Shown here: piece by piece, positions 28,080 to 37,151 of the stretch
Position numbering within the stretch: position 1 is the stretch's first letter
Layout: the number at the start of each line of letters is the position of its first letter
From: Klebsiella pneumoniae
GTDB taxonomy: Bacteria > Myxococcota_A > UBA796 > SXON01
Assembly: GCA_945861635.1 (NCBI GenBank)
Contig: CAMAWH010000015.1
Coordinates: 36,858-100,857, forward strand
Reading direction: 5' to 3'
DNA: 64,000 bases
Notes under the pieces: model-generated
What the model saw: only the letters and a program-made list of their open reading frames with translations
Told to the model about the DNA's origin: nothing
The model's database searches: none
Position numbers and translations under genes: made by a program

Positions 28080-29138
28080 CTACGAGGCCGTGCGGCCGGC
28101 GTCCACCCAGCGCTGAAGGGTCGGGCCGATGACCGTTGGCGCCGAACGCAACGCGTTCACGTCTGCGCTGCCGGTGAGCAAGCACGCCACTCGCAGTTCG
28201 GCGATCACCGCCGTGATCGCGTATTCCAACGCCTGCACGCCCTGTGCCTGCGCCTTCAAGAACGGCCGGGCGATACCCACGGCATTCGCCCCCAGCGCGA
28301 GCGCTTTCGCAGCAGTCAGTCCGTCCGCAATGCCACCCGTGGCGATGATGTTCAGGCCGACGCCGCGCAGCTGCGCGACGCTGGCCGCGGTGGGGATGCC
28401 CCACTCCCGAAAGCGCGCCCCCAACGCCCTTCCGGGGCCTTCCGCGCGGTGCATCTCCACCGCCACCCAGCTCGTTCCGCCGGCGCCGCTCACGTCTACC
28501 GACTGCACCCCTGTTGCGACGAGCCTTTCCCCAACGCGTCGCGAGAGCCCACAGCCCGTCTCCTTCACAACGATGGGTAGACCGAGCTCATCGAGCAGCC
28601 GGCGGATGGTGTCGAGACCGCCCCGAAAATCGCGGTCCCCGTCGGGCTGTACCACCTCCATGGCTGGGTTCAGGTGCACCGCGAGCGCGTCGCATCCGCT
28701 CGATACGGCCATGTCCCGCAAGCGGTTCGTCGTCGTTTCGCGCGCCTGTACGATGCCGATGTTGCCGATGACGAGGGCGGTGGGTGCGACGTCGCGGATG
28801 CGGTATCCGTCCTCGATGCCACGGGTGAGCAGCGGCCGCTGCGATCCGAAGGCGAACCCGATGCCGAAGCGTTCGGCTGCCGCCGCGAGATCGCGGTTGA
28901 TGGCCGCTGCGCCGGGGGTTCCGCCGGTCATTGCTGCGATCACCAGCGGCGCGGCCAGCCGTTTTCCGAGGAGCTGGATGCTCAGGTCGATGCCATCCAA
29001 CGCAAGTTCGGGGAGAGCGTCGTGAATGAGCTCGACCTCCCCGAAAAGCGTAGTTTTTACCTCGAATCCGACGTCACCGTCGACGCAAAGCGCGATGTGA
29101 TCTGATTTTCGCGTCGTGATGTCCTTCGGGTCGGGCAT
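28080..29138 (-). CDS. fni: type 2 isopentenyl-diphosphate isomerase
   Basis: RKSDHI, HDALPEL, AMTGG, GSQR, HLNPAMEVVQPDGD, KETGCG and GAGGTSW motifs. Confidence 0.93.
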   Translation of the reverse strand: MPDPKDITTRKSDHIALCVDGDVGFEVKTTLFGEVELIHDALPELALDGIDLSIQLLGKRLAAPLVIAAMTGGTPGAAAINRDLAAAAERFGIGFAFGSQRPLLTRGIEDGYRIRDVAPTALVIGNIGIVQARETTTNRLRDMAVSSGCDALAVHLNPAMEVVQPDGDRDFRGGLDTIRRLLDELGLPIVVKETGCGLSRRVGERLVATGVQSVDVSGAGGTSWVAVEMHRAEGPGRALGARFREWGIPTAASVAQLRGVGLNIIATGGIADGLTAAKALALGANAVGIARPFLKAQAQGVQALEYAITAVIAELRVACLLTGSADVNALRSAPTVIGPTLQRWVDAGRTAS

Positions 29139-29232
29139 TGGGGAAGGTGCCCCGCCAAGCCTCACCCGGCAAGAATTTTGGGGTTTGCACCCGCCGCGAA
29201 GTTGGATAGCAAGGCCGGGATTGGAGGCTCTC

Positions 29233-29586
29233 ATGCGTTTTGCCATTCTCGCGCTCGGACTGACCGGCTGCTTTGTCAACGAAGACAACTACTTCGAGCA
29301 GGGCGCCAGTGTGTACTGTGAGATGTTGTTCAACTGCTACAAGGGCATGTTTCTCGCGGATGAGTCGGATGGCGGACTCGGGTACGACGACGTAGCGGAT
29401 TGTGTGGATGATCAGGATGACAATATCGATGACGCGGAAGACTCGGTGAGTGAGAGTGATTGCGACTTCGATCAGGAGCAGGCGGACAAGTGCATGGCGG
29501 CGAACCGTGCGTATGCCGGAACCTGTGGGCCCGATGAACTCGATGACATCAGTGATGAGTGTGAAGACGTTTGGGATTGCAGCTGA
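29233..29586 (+). CDS. small Cys/Asp-rich lipoprotein
   Basis: GGAGG RBS, LGLTGC lipobox, several Cys and very acidic composition. Confidence 0.7.
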   Translation: MRFAILALGLTGCFVNEDNYFEQGASVYCEMLFNCYKGMFLADESDGGLGYDDVADCVDDQDDNIDDAEDSVSESDCDFDQEQADKCMAANRAYAGTCGPDELDDISDECEDVWDCS

Positions 29587-29589
29587 TCT

Positions 29590-30438
29590 TCAGCGCTGCT
29601 TCGGGCTGATCCCCACGTCGATCACGAAGAAACCCTCCTCCGCAACCAAGCGGCGGAGGGTTTCGCGTTTTTCCACATCCGGGACAATCGCCACTGCGAT
29701 GTCTCCGCCGCCGGCGCCGCTGGGTTTCGCGGCGCCACCGACGGCTTGCGTGAGCGATGCAATGCGCTGAAAGGCGGGTAGGTCATAGTCGATGCCAGCC
29801 CTGTGCGACATCTCCTGAAGCAGCGCGTACGCCGCCCCCGTCACCCCGAGGGGATCATCCTCAAACGCATCGACGAGTTCACGGCTCCTGACGACGAAAT
29901 CAACGCGATCCGCCCAGGCAAGATACTGTTGGATGCGTGGCCCCGTCGCGGCGCTTTGACCGGACCATACGACAAGAAACGGTGGGCAAGCCACGGAACG
30001 ACCCGACGGATAGGCGCGCACGCCGCCGTTCACCGACGCGAAGACATCCACGCCCGACCCGCCACCTTGGACGGACGCATGCACGGTAAAGGCGTCTGCG
30101 TCGGGACGGCCCGCAGCGCGTATCGCCGCTACGGTTGCGGCGGCGCTCCCGCCGAATCCGGCTTTTCCGGGCAGATCAAGGGGGTACTGATCTCGGAATC
30201 GGTAGAGGCCGCGGGGCGCACCGGTCAGCGCTGCGCGCACGAAACGATCATCGCCGGGCGTCTCGATGCCGGCGCCTGTTGAAACGACGCAGACGACGCC
30301 GCGATCCACGGCGGCCACGATCGCTCCCCCGCCATCCAAAACGGCGTACTCCCCAAGGAGGACAAGCTTTCCGGGAGCAACGAATGTTCGTGGACTACCG
30401 ACGTAGGCGCCGTCTCCAAACACCGAACTCGCGTCCAT
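29590..30438 (-). CDS. phosphomevalonate kinase (GHMP kinase)
   Basis: APGKLVLLGEYAVL, KAGFGGSAA, QGGGSGVD and KPSGAGGGD motifs; coupled to mvaD. Confidence 0.8.
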   Translation of the reverse strand: MDASSVFGDGAYVGSPRTFVAPGKLVLLGEYAVLDGGGAIVAAVDRGVVCVVSTGAGIETPGDDRFVRAALTGAPRGLYRFRDQYPLDLPGKAGFGGSAAATVAAIRAAGRPDADAFTVHASVQGGGSGVDVFASVNGGVRAYPSGRSVACPPFLVVWSGQSAATGPRIQQYLAWADRVDFVVRSRELVDAFEDDPLGVTGAAYALLQEMSHRAGIDYDLPAFQRIASLTQAVGGAAKPSGAGGGDIAVAIVPDVEKRETLRRLVAEEGFFVIDVGISPKQR

Positions 30439-30440
30439 CG

Positions 30441-31418
30441 TCACGCCACGACGCTCGCCGGGCCGCCGGGGTGCAAGACCTCCACGCGATCGGCGACCGC
30501 AGCCAGCCGACTTCGCACGGCCTCCGCGTCCTCGGCCGCGCACAACACCTTGACGTTCGGGCCTGCGTCGATGGTGAAGGCGCACGCGATGCCACGCCGC
30601 CGCAACTCGCGCACCGCCTCCATCGCCCAGACGGTTCCTGACTTCCAGTAGAAGATCGGCGGATCGCTGGCCATCATGCAGGCGTGCATGCGGAGGGCAG
30701 AGCGTTCCATCACCTCGCCAAGCGCCTCCAGGTCACGACGCTGAATGTGTCCCCGCGCCTCAACAACGTCCGCTGGGGCCGATCCGAGCCAGCCCTTCCA
30801 AAACGGGGACGACCGTTCACAGTCGATCATCCCGTCGGTGGACGACACGGACTTCGGCCCGGAGTCGAAAATCGCAACGACGAGGCGCACATCCCAGTGG
30901 GCCACAGGCGCGATTTCCACGGCAAACGAATCCGCGCCGTCGGCGCGCTCCCCCATTTTCCACTCGGACCAGCCGCCGTAGATGCTCCGCGCGGCACTGC
31001 CGGAGCCTCGGCGGGCGAGCACGCTCAATTCAATCGGTCCGCGCTTGGCGGTGGCCGCCGCGTCTGCTGCGACGACCAGGGCGGCGAATCCCGAGGAGGA
31101 GCTGGCGAGCCCGGCGGCCGTCGGAAAGTCGTTGTCACTCACGACGCGGCACCGCGGCCGCCACGCGTCGAGCAGATCGAGCACGGCAAAGACTTTTTTG
31201 GCGGCTAATCCAGTGGTCAATTCGCCGTTCAGGACGAGTTCATCGGCCGTGGCCGCGTAGTCGGGTGCGGCCCCCCAATCGACGGTCGTCCGCGTCGAGA
31301 ACGGCGCCACCGTCAGGGAGATTGAGGGTGTAGCCGGTAGGTTCAGCGCCACGTCACGCTTCCCCCAGTATTTGCACAAAGCGATATTCGGGTGCGCGAT
31401 GGCGGTGGCGGTTGGCAC
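30441..31418 (-). CDS. mvaD: diphosphomevalonate decarboxylase
   Basis: AHPNIALCKYWGK, FPTAAGLASSSSG, ARRGSGSAARS and TIDAGPNV motifs. Confidence 0.95.
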   Translation of the reverse strand: MPTATAIAHPNIALCKYWGKRDVALNLPATPSISLTVAPFSTRTTVDWGAAPDYAATADELVLNGELTTGLAAKKVFAVLDLLDAWRPRCRVVSDNDFPTAAGLASSSSGFAALVVAADAAATAKRGPIELSVLARRGSGSAARSIYGGWSEWKMGERADGADSFAVEIAPVAHWDVRLVVAIFDSGPKSVSSTDGMIDCERSSPFWKGWLGSAPADVVEARGHIQRRDLEALGEVMERSALRMHACMMASDPPIFYWKSGTVWAMEAVRELRRRGIACAFTIDAGPNVKVLCAAEDAEAVRSRLAAVADRVEVLHPGGPASVVA

Positions 31419-31463
31419 GTCGCCGCTCTATCCCGTGGCGATAGGTACACGGTCGGAGTCCCG

Positions 31464-32075
31464 ATGCGACACATGTACCAAGGAATTGCAGGTGCCACTC
31501 TGCTGGCGTTGGCCGCGTTGCCGGGTGTCGCGGGGGCGGATGGGCTCGATGACCTGCTGAAAAAAGGCGAGCTCACCCTTCTGGAGACACTCGCCGACGG
31601 AAGCCTGAAGCAGGCGACCTGCATTTCGAACGTAAACGCCCCGATCGACCGGGTGTGGGCGGTGATCACCGATTTCGCCACCTACAAGGATTGGATGCCG
31701 CAAGTTCGGACGTCAACGGTCGTCTCGTCGTCGTACCTTGGTACAGGCGCGGGCACGCACCTGGTGATCGACTGGACGCTCGGCGTCGTAGGGCCGGATG
31801 TTTCGTTCCGTCAGGAGGTGGACGTAGACCCGGTTGCGCATCGCGTGTACCAGCACCAGCTCTCGGGTGCGCTGCCGGGGTCGTATTGGATGTGGGAACT
31901 CCAACAGACCGGAGAGACGACGATTGTCCGGCGCACGGTCCGCAACAACGTCGTCGATTCCAACTGGGTTGTGAAGCAGGTCGAGGACGAGAATCACACG
32001 CTGGACTATGGCATCAACAGTGCCGTGGGCGTCATCGAAGTACGTGGATTGAAGCGGAGACTTGGCGTTCCGTAG
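31464..32075 (+). CDS. exported SRPBCC/START-fold protein
   Basis: Signal peptide; VNAPIDRVWAVITDFATYKDWMP. Confidence 0.75.
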   Translation: MRHMYQGIAGATLLALAALPGVAGADGLDDLLKKGELTLLETLADGSLKQATCISNVNAPIDRVWAVITDFATYKDWMPQVRTSTVVSSSYLGTGAGTHLVIDWTLGVVGPDVSFRQEVDVDPVAHRVYQHQLSGALPGSYWMWELQQTGETTIVRRTVRNNVVDSNWVVKQVEDENHTLDYGINSAVGVIEVRGLKRRLGVP

Positions 32076-32084
32076 CGACGCCCG

Positions 32085-32435
32085 CTAACCCCGCGAGAGA
32101 TCCTGCCAGCCCGCTTCGTCCTTTCCCACCACCACCTTCCCGTCCTTCATCACGATCGGGCGGCGGAGGAGGTTCGGCTCGGCCGCAGCGGCCGCTGCGA
32201 AGGCGTCCACGCTCGGCGACGTTTCCTTCCAGCCGTTGTCCTTGGCGATCTCGTGGCGGGTGTTGAGCACCGCCGCGACGCCTCCGGCGGCCGCAACGAT
32301 TCGGCGAATCTCGTCCTCGGAAAGCGATGCTTTGCTATAGTTCGTTTCGGTCAGCGCGGGGAACAGGGTCTTCAGACGCACACGTGCGTCACGACAGGTC
32401 GTTCACGTTGACTTCCAATAGAGATGTGCGGGCAT
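32085..32435 (-). CDS. ArsC/Spx-family thioredoxin-fold selenoprotein (UxxC)
   Basis: ATG 32435 gives MPAHLYWKST-UGA-TTCRDARVRLK..., in frame with an ORF carrying the EPNLLRRPIV motif; hairpin GACGCA-CGTG-TGCGTC starts at +13 after the UGA. Confidence 0.8.
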
Positions 32436-32451
32436 TTCACTGCATAACGGG

Positions 32452-33297
32452 TCAGCCGACCGTGACAACGAAGGCGTTGGGTCCGGCTGCCAGCCTCACC
32501 CGCTCCTCCGTCGCCTCTGACACGGCCCCGATTACGACGCCGCCACCGCCGGCCCCGGCGAGTTTGGCGCCCGTTGCCCCCGCGGCGCGCATCGTAAGGC
32601 ACGCCTCGTCGAGCGCTGGTGTGGACACCCCAATGGCGCGCAGGAGACGGTGGTTTTCGGTCAGGAGCGGGCCGATGTCCTCACCCCGGAGGAGGTGGGC
32701 CGCCGTCATCTCCACGAGCGCGCCGATGCGACGAAGCTCGGCCGTGGGGTTGCGCTGGCGAACGCCGGCCACCATCTCCAACGTATTCCCCGGTGCACCG
32801 GTGTTCGCGACGACCAAACGGATCGGCCTTGAGAGCGACAGGCGTTCGGGCGGCTCCCCCTTTCGGTACATTACGGCGCCACCCAATGCGGATACGGTAT
32901 GGTCGATTCCCGAGGGAGTACCGTGGAAGATTCGTTCCATTGCAAAAGCGCGTTCGTAGATTTCGTCGAACGAGGCGATGCGCCCTTCCCGCTGGGCTAA
33001 CGCGCGAATGGTTGCGACGGCAAGTGCTGCGCTCGATCCCATCCCGCAGCCGATCGGCAGATCCGACGCGATCGTGACGCCAATCCCCATGGCGGGAATC
33101 AGCGTCGTGAGGGCCGGCCACAGGCGCTCGTCATCGATCCCGCCCGGCTGCAAGCACGACGGACCCTCTCGGTCCTGCAAAGTGACGCTCGTGCCGCGTG
33201 ACACCGCGAGCGCGATGGCTCGATGTCCGTAGACGACCGCGTGCTCGCCGACGAGGATCAGCTTGCCGGGTGCGTAGCCGGAGTACGCCGCACCCAC
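32452..33297 (-). CDS. mvk: mevalonate kinase
   Basis: PGKLILVGEHAVVYG, PIGCGMGSSAA, HGTPSGID and GAKLAGAGGGG motifs. Confidence 0.92.
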   Translation of the reverse strand: MGAAYSGYAPGKLILVGEHAVVYGHRAIALAVSRGTSVTLQDREGPSCLQPGGIDDERLWPALTTLIPAMGIGVTIASDLPIGCGMGSSAALAVATIRALAQREGRIASFDEIYERAFAMERIFHGTPSGIDHTVSALGGAVMYRKGEPPERLSLSRPIRLVVANTGAPGNTLEMVAGVRQRNPTAELRRIGALVEMTAAHLLRGEDIGPLLTENHRLLRAIGVSTPALDEACLTMRAAGATGAKLAGAGGGGVVIGAVSEATEERVRLAAGPNAFVVTVG

Positions 33298-33299
33298 CG

Positions 33300-34577
33300 T
33301 CAGCCTCCGCGGAATCGTCGTAAGGCGATCTGGGCTCGTTCCATCGTGAATTCACGCTCCGTCGCGAGGAGTGCGACGACTGCGGCAATTTCCTCGCCGG
33401 CGGCACCGGCGGAAATTGCGACGGTGCGCGCGTGCATGCGCATGTGCCCTTCCTGAATGCCTTCGGTTGCCAGCGCGCGCAGCGCGCCAAGGTTCTGAAT
33501 CAGCCCCACGGCCGCCATGAGCAGCGCCAGGTCGCGGGCCCCGGTGACGCCGGCGAGCTTCAGGTTCGCCTGAACCGTAGGATGAACGCGGATCGGCCCG
33601 CTCACGGTGCCGACCTGTATGGGCATTTCAAGCGTGCCATGGAGCACCCCATTGGCAACCCGCCACGTCGTAAGTGGGCGATACTGACCATCGCGAGCCG
33701 CATACGCGTGGGCGCCCGCCTCGATGGCCCGCCAATCATTCCCCGTCGCAAGGGCAATCGCATCGACGCCATTCATGACCCCCTTGTTGTGGGTCGCAGC
33801 CCGGTAGGGGTCGGCGTACGCAAACCGGTAGGCGGCGGCGATGCCGGCGGCCATTTCGGCGCCGCCCTTGCCCAGATCGCCAACCGGAACGGCGACGCGC
33901 GCCCGCGCCAACCGGCGATCGGCCAGATTGGACAATATGCGCATCCCGACGCGGCCGCCCGTGATCTCTGCGACCTCCGGCGCCAAACGCTCCGCAATGG
34001 TATTGACCATGTTGGCGCCCATTGCGTCCGCGCAATCGAGAAAGAAGTGAAGGACAACCAGATTTTCCGGCGTGCATCCCGGTTCATCATAGGTCACTTC
34101 CCGAACCTCCATGCCGCGAAGGCCACCGCCGAACGTCGGGAGCTGCGGGTGCACGGTGGCGGCAAGCTCGGAGAGCCGAGGAATCTCGGCGCGCAGGCGC
34201 GCTGCTGCCCCATCGTCACAGCCATCGAGTTGCACTTGCCCGATCATCACGCCGTCGTCCGCCTCCGCGACGATTCCTCCGCTCGCCCGCGTGATCCGCG
34301 CCATGTTGGACACCGCCGCCACGACGCTCGGCTCCTCCACAACCATGGGCACGAGCCTGTCCCTGCCGTTCAGCAGCAGGTTGACCGCGACGCCGATGGG
34401 GAAAGCGAAGATGCCGATGACGTTTTCGATCATCGCGTCAGCCGTGTCCAGCGTCAAACTTCCCGCGTCGAACGAAGCGTACTCGGCCTCGCTCAATCCC
34501 GCGGCGGCGGCCACGCGGGCTCGCCTGCCCGCCGCGGGCAGCTTGTAGAAACCGGGAATCCGCGACGAGGTTGCCAA
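33300..34577 (-). CDS. mvaA: HMG-CoA reductase, class II
   Basis: ENVIG, EEPSVVAA, DAMGANMVN, THNKGVMNG, GNDWRAIEAG and GIQEGHMRMH motifs. Confidence 0.95.
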   Translation of the reverse strand: MATSSRIPGFYKLPAAGRRARVAAAAGLSEAEYASFDAGSLTLDTADAMIENVIGIFAFPIGVAVNLLLNGRDRLVPMVVEEPSVVAAVSNMARITRASGGIVAEADDGVMIGQVQLDGCDDGAAARLRAEIPRLSELAATVHPQLPTFGGGLRGMEVREVTYDEPGCTPENLVVLHFFLDCADAMGANMVNTIAERLAPEVAEITGGRVGMRILSNLADRRLARARVAVPVGDLGKGGAEMAAGIAAAYRFAYADPYRAATHNKGVMNGVDAIALATGNDWRAIEAGAHAYAARDGQYRPLTTWRVANGVLHGTLEMPIQVGTVSGPIRVHPTVQANLKLAGVTGARDLALLMAAVGLIQNLGALRALATEGIQEGHMRMHARTVAISAGAAGEEIAAVVALLATEREFTMERAQIALRRFRGG

Positions 34578-34594
34578 CGATTCGCCCCGAGGGC

Positions 34595-36397
34595 CTATGC
34601 CAACGCGCCGGCGTAGAATCCATCGAGAATCTGCTTGTACTTGCCTTCGACCACCTTGCGCTTGACCTTCAGGGTCGGCGTCAAATCACCGTCGTCCTGC
34701 GAGAGATCCCGGTCGAGGAGCGCGAACTTCTTCAGCGTCGAGTAGCTCGGTAGCTCCTTGTTCAGCGTATCAACCGCAGCCGAAATTTCGCTGCGGACGC
34801 CTTCGTGGCGGGTGAGTTCGGCGTAGTCCCCGATGGTGACGTTGTTCGACTTGCACCAACTGCGCGCGGCGTCCTCGTTCACGGTGATCAGCGCGCTGCA
34901 GAAATTCCGGTTGTCACCGTGCACCACCACTTGCGAAATCAATGTGCAACGCGCCTTGAGCTTGCCCTCGATCTCCTGCGGGGCCACGTATTTGCCTCCG
35001 GACGTCTTGATCAGGTCCTTCTTGCGATCCGTGATCTTCAGGAAGCCATCATTGACCTCTCCGATGTCGCCGGTGTGAAGGTATCCGTCACCTGACAATG
35101 CCTCTTTTGTCGCCTCGTCACGGTTGTAATAGCCGCGCATGATTCCGCGACCTTTGAGGAGAATCTCGCCGTCCTCGGCGATTTTGACCTCCGTGCCGGG
35201 TACGGCCGGTCCGACGGTGCCGAACTTGAATTTCTGGGGCAGGTTGACGAAGCTCGCCGCGCTGGACTCGGTGAGCCCGTAGCCTTCGAGAATAAGCACG
35301 TCCGCGGCGTGAAAAAACTCACCGATCTCGCGCGAGAGCGGCGCGCCGCCGGAAATGAAGAAGCGAATCCGCCCGCCAAATCGGCCTTTCAACTTCGAAT
35401 ACACCAGCTTGTCCGCGATCATGTGTTTGAACGCCAGCAGCCCGCTGGCGTCCTTGCCCGCCTGCCGGAGCGCGGAAACCTCCTTCCCTACGGCGATGGC
35501 CCAATTGAAGATTTTCAGCGACACGCCGCCCTTTTCACGTTGGCCGGTGACGACCTTGTTGTAGACCTTTTCGAAGATGCGCGGCACGGCGCCCATGAAC
35601 GTCGGCTTGACGACCGCGAGATTCTCGATCAACGAGTCGATGTCACCGTCGATGGCTGTCGGGATGCCGATGCGAATGATGGCGGCTTCCAGGACCTTCG
35701 CAAACGAGTGCGCCAACGGCAGGAACAAGTATTGTTTGTCGGCGGGAGAGAGGATGCCGAGCGCGTCCATGGCCTCCCCTTCGTACACCCAGCAATCGTG
35801 GGTGAGCATGACGCCCTTGGGGGCGCCGGTCGTGCCAGAAGTGTAGATGAGCGTGGCCAAGCTCTCCGGACCTACGGCGTCCGAAATGCGGTCGTATTCA
35901 CCTGGATTCGCTTTGTCCCATTCGGCGCCTTTGGACTCCAATTCTGCGAGCGTCATGACCCCGTCTTCCGCGTCTCCCTCCATGACGATGATGCCGGCGA
36001 GCGTGGTGAGTTCGGCCTGCACCTTTTTCAGTTTCGCAACTTGTTTGGCGTTTTCGGCGAACACGAAACGCGTCCCCGAGTCGTTGATGATGTAGGCACA
36101 TTCTTCCGGGGTATTCGACGGATAGATGGTCGTCGTGGCGCCGGCCGCGCAGAGAATTCCCATGTCCGCGAGAATCCACTCGACACGCGTGCCGCAGAGG
36201 AGCGCGACCCGCTGTTCACTGTCCAGCCCAAGCCCGCGGAGTCCACAGGCGATGTTGCGGGACCGCGCACCGACGTCCTTCCAATTCATCGTCTGCCATT
36301 CACCATTCTTCCGGTAGTAGAAGGCATCCGTGTCGGGCGTCGAGCGGACGCGGTGATGAAACATCTCGGCAACGGACTTGAAGCTGGCGGCGGGCAT
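34595..36397 (-). CDS. long-chain fatty acid--CoA ligase
   Basis: YTSGTTGAPKG, EGYGLTE, TGDIG, DRKKDLIKTSGGKYVAP and LTPTLKVKR motifs. Confidence 0.92.
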   Translation of the reverse strand: MPAASFKSVAEMFHHRVRSTPDTDAFYYRKNGEWQTMNWKDVGARSRNIACGLRGLGLDSEQRVALLCGTRVEWILADMGILCAAGATTTIYPSNTPEECAYIINDSGTRFVFAENAKQVAKLKKVQAELTTLAGIIVMEGDAEDGVMTLAELESKGAEWDKANPGEYDRISDAVGPESLATLIYTSGTTGAPKGVMLTHDCWVYEGEAMDALGILSPADKQYLFLPLAHSFAKVLEAAIIRIGIPTAIDGDIDSLIENLAVVKPTFMGAVPRIFEKVYNKVVTGQREKGGVSLKIFNWAIAVGKEVSALRQAGKDASGLLAFKHMIADKLVYSKLKGRFGGRIRFFISGGAPLSREIGEFFHAADVLILEGYGLTESSAASFVNLPQKFKFGTVGPAVPGTEVKIAEDGEILLKGRGIMRGYYNRDEATKEALSGDGYLHTGDIGEVNDGFLKITDRKKDLIKTSGGKYVAPQEIEGKLKARCTLISQVVVHGDNRNFCSALITVNEDAARSWCKSNNVTIGDYAELTRHEGVRSEISAAVDTLNKELPSYSTLKKFALLDRDLSQDDGDLTPTLKVKRKVVEGKYKQILDGFYAGALA

Positions 36398-36419
36398 GGA
36401 GTCTCCGGGGAGCGCGAAG

Positions 36420-37151
36420 CTAACGCGGTGGGTGGGGGAGGATGGCGTTCAAGGTGACGAAGAGTGCGGCGCGGGCACCGATCGCCCCGTCGGCACGCGC
36501 CCACGCTCGAACAACCACGCGAACGTGCCCGTCATCGAACTCCGTTGGGGTGACCGTGCCCGCGGGAAGCCCCTCGTGTGAGGCGGCCGCCGCGAGCAGA
36601 GCCGCGAGAAGCGCGTCCGTGAGATCTTCCCGCGGAATGCGGACGACGATCTCGACGCGCGCGGCACCTTGGATGGCGTGGCGCTCGATGGGGAACGCCA
36701 GAATCTTGTCGTTTGTCAGGGTGACCCGTCGTCCGTCGTCCGTGTCCACGATCGTGGTGAGAAAGCCGATGCGCTGCACGGTTCCCGTCACCTTTTCTGC
36801 GAGCGTCACGGTATCGCCGATCCGGAACGGCGCCGTTGTCAGCAGAATGGCGCCGCTGGCCGCGTTCGAGAGCGAGTCCTTGAGCGAGAGCGCGACGGCG
36901 ATGCCGGCGGTAGAAATAACAGCGAGGAAACTGCCAGATGGTAGGCCCACCCCCTCCAGGACCACCTGCATGACGAGCAGCATCGGCACGAAGCGGACAA
37001 CCTGCGAGAGGATGGTGCGCCAGCTCGGATCGATGCGCGTTTCGAGGTAGCGTGACGCCACCCCGCGCAGCCAGCCACCGATCCACCACGCGGCGACGAT
37101 GAGCAGAGCACCGCGTACAATGCCGAAAATCAGCCAAAGCACGGAATCCAT
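36420..37151 (-). CDS. MscS small-conductance mechanosensitive channel
   Basis: GIAVALSLKDSLSNAASG, PFRIGD and G.V..IG motifs. Confidence 0.85.
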   Translation of the reverse strand: MDSVLWLIFGIVRGALLIVAAWWIGGWLRGVASRYLETRIDPSWRTILSQVVRFVPMLLVMQVVLEGVGLPSGSFLAVISTAGIAVALSLKDSLSNAASGAILLTTAPFRIGDTVTLAEKVTGTVQRIGFLTTIVDTDDGRRVTLTNDKILAFPIERHAIQGAARVEIVVRIPREDLTDALLAALLAAAASHEGLPAGTVTPTEFDDGHVRVVVRAWARADGAIGARAALFVTLNAILPHPPR

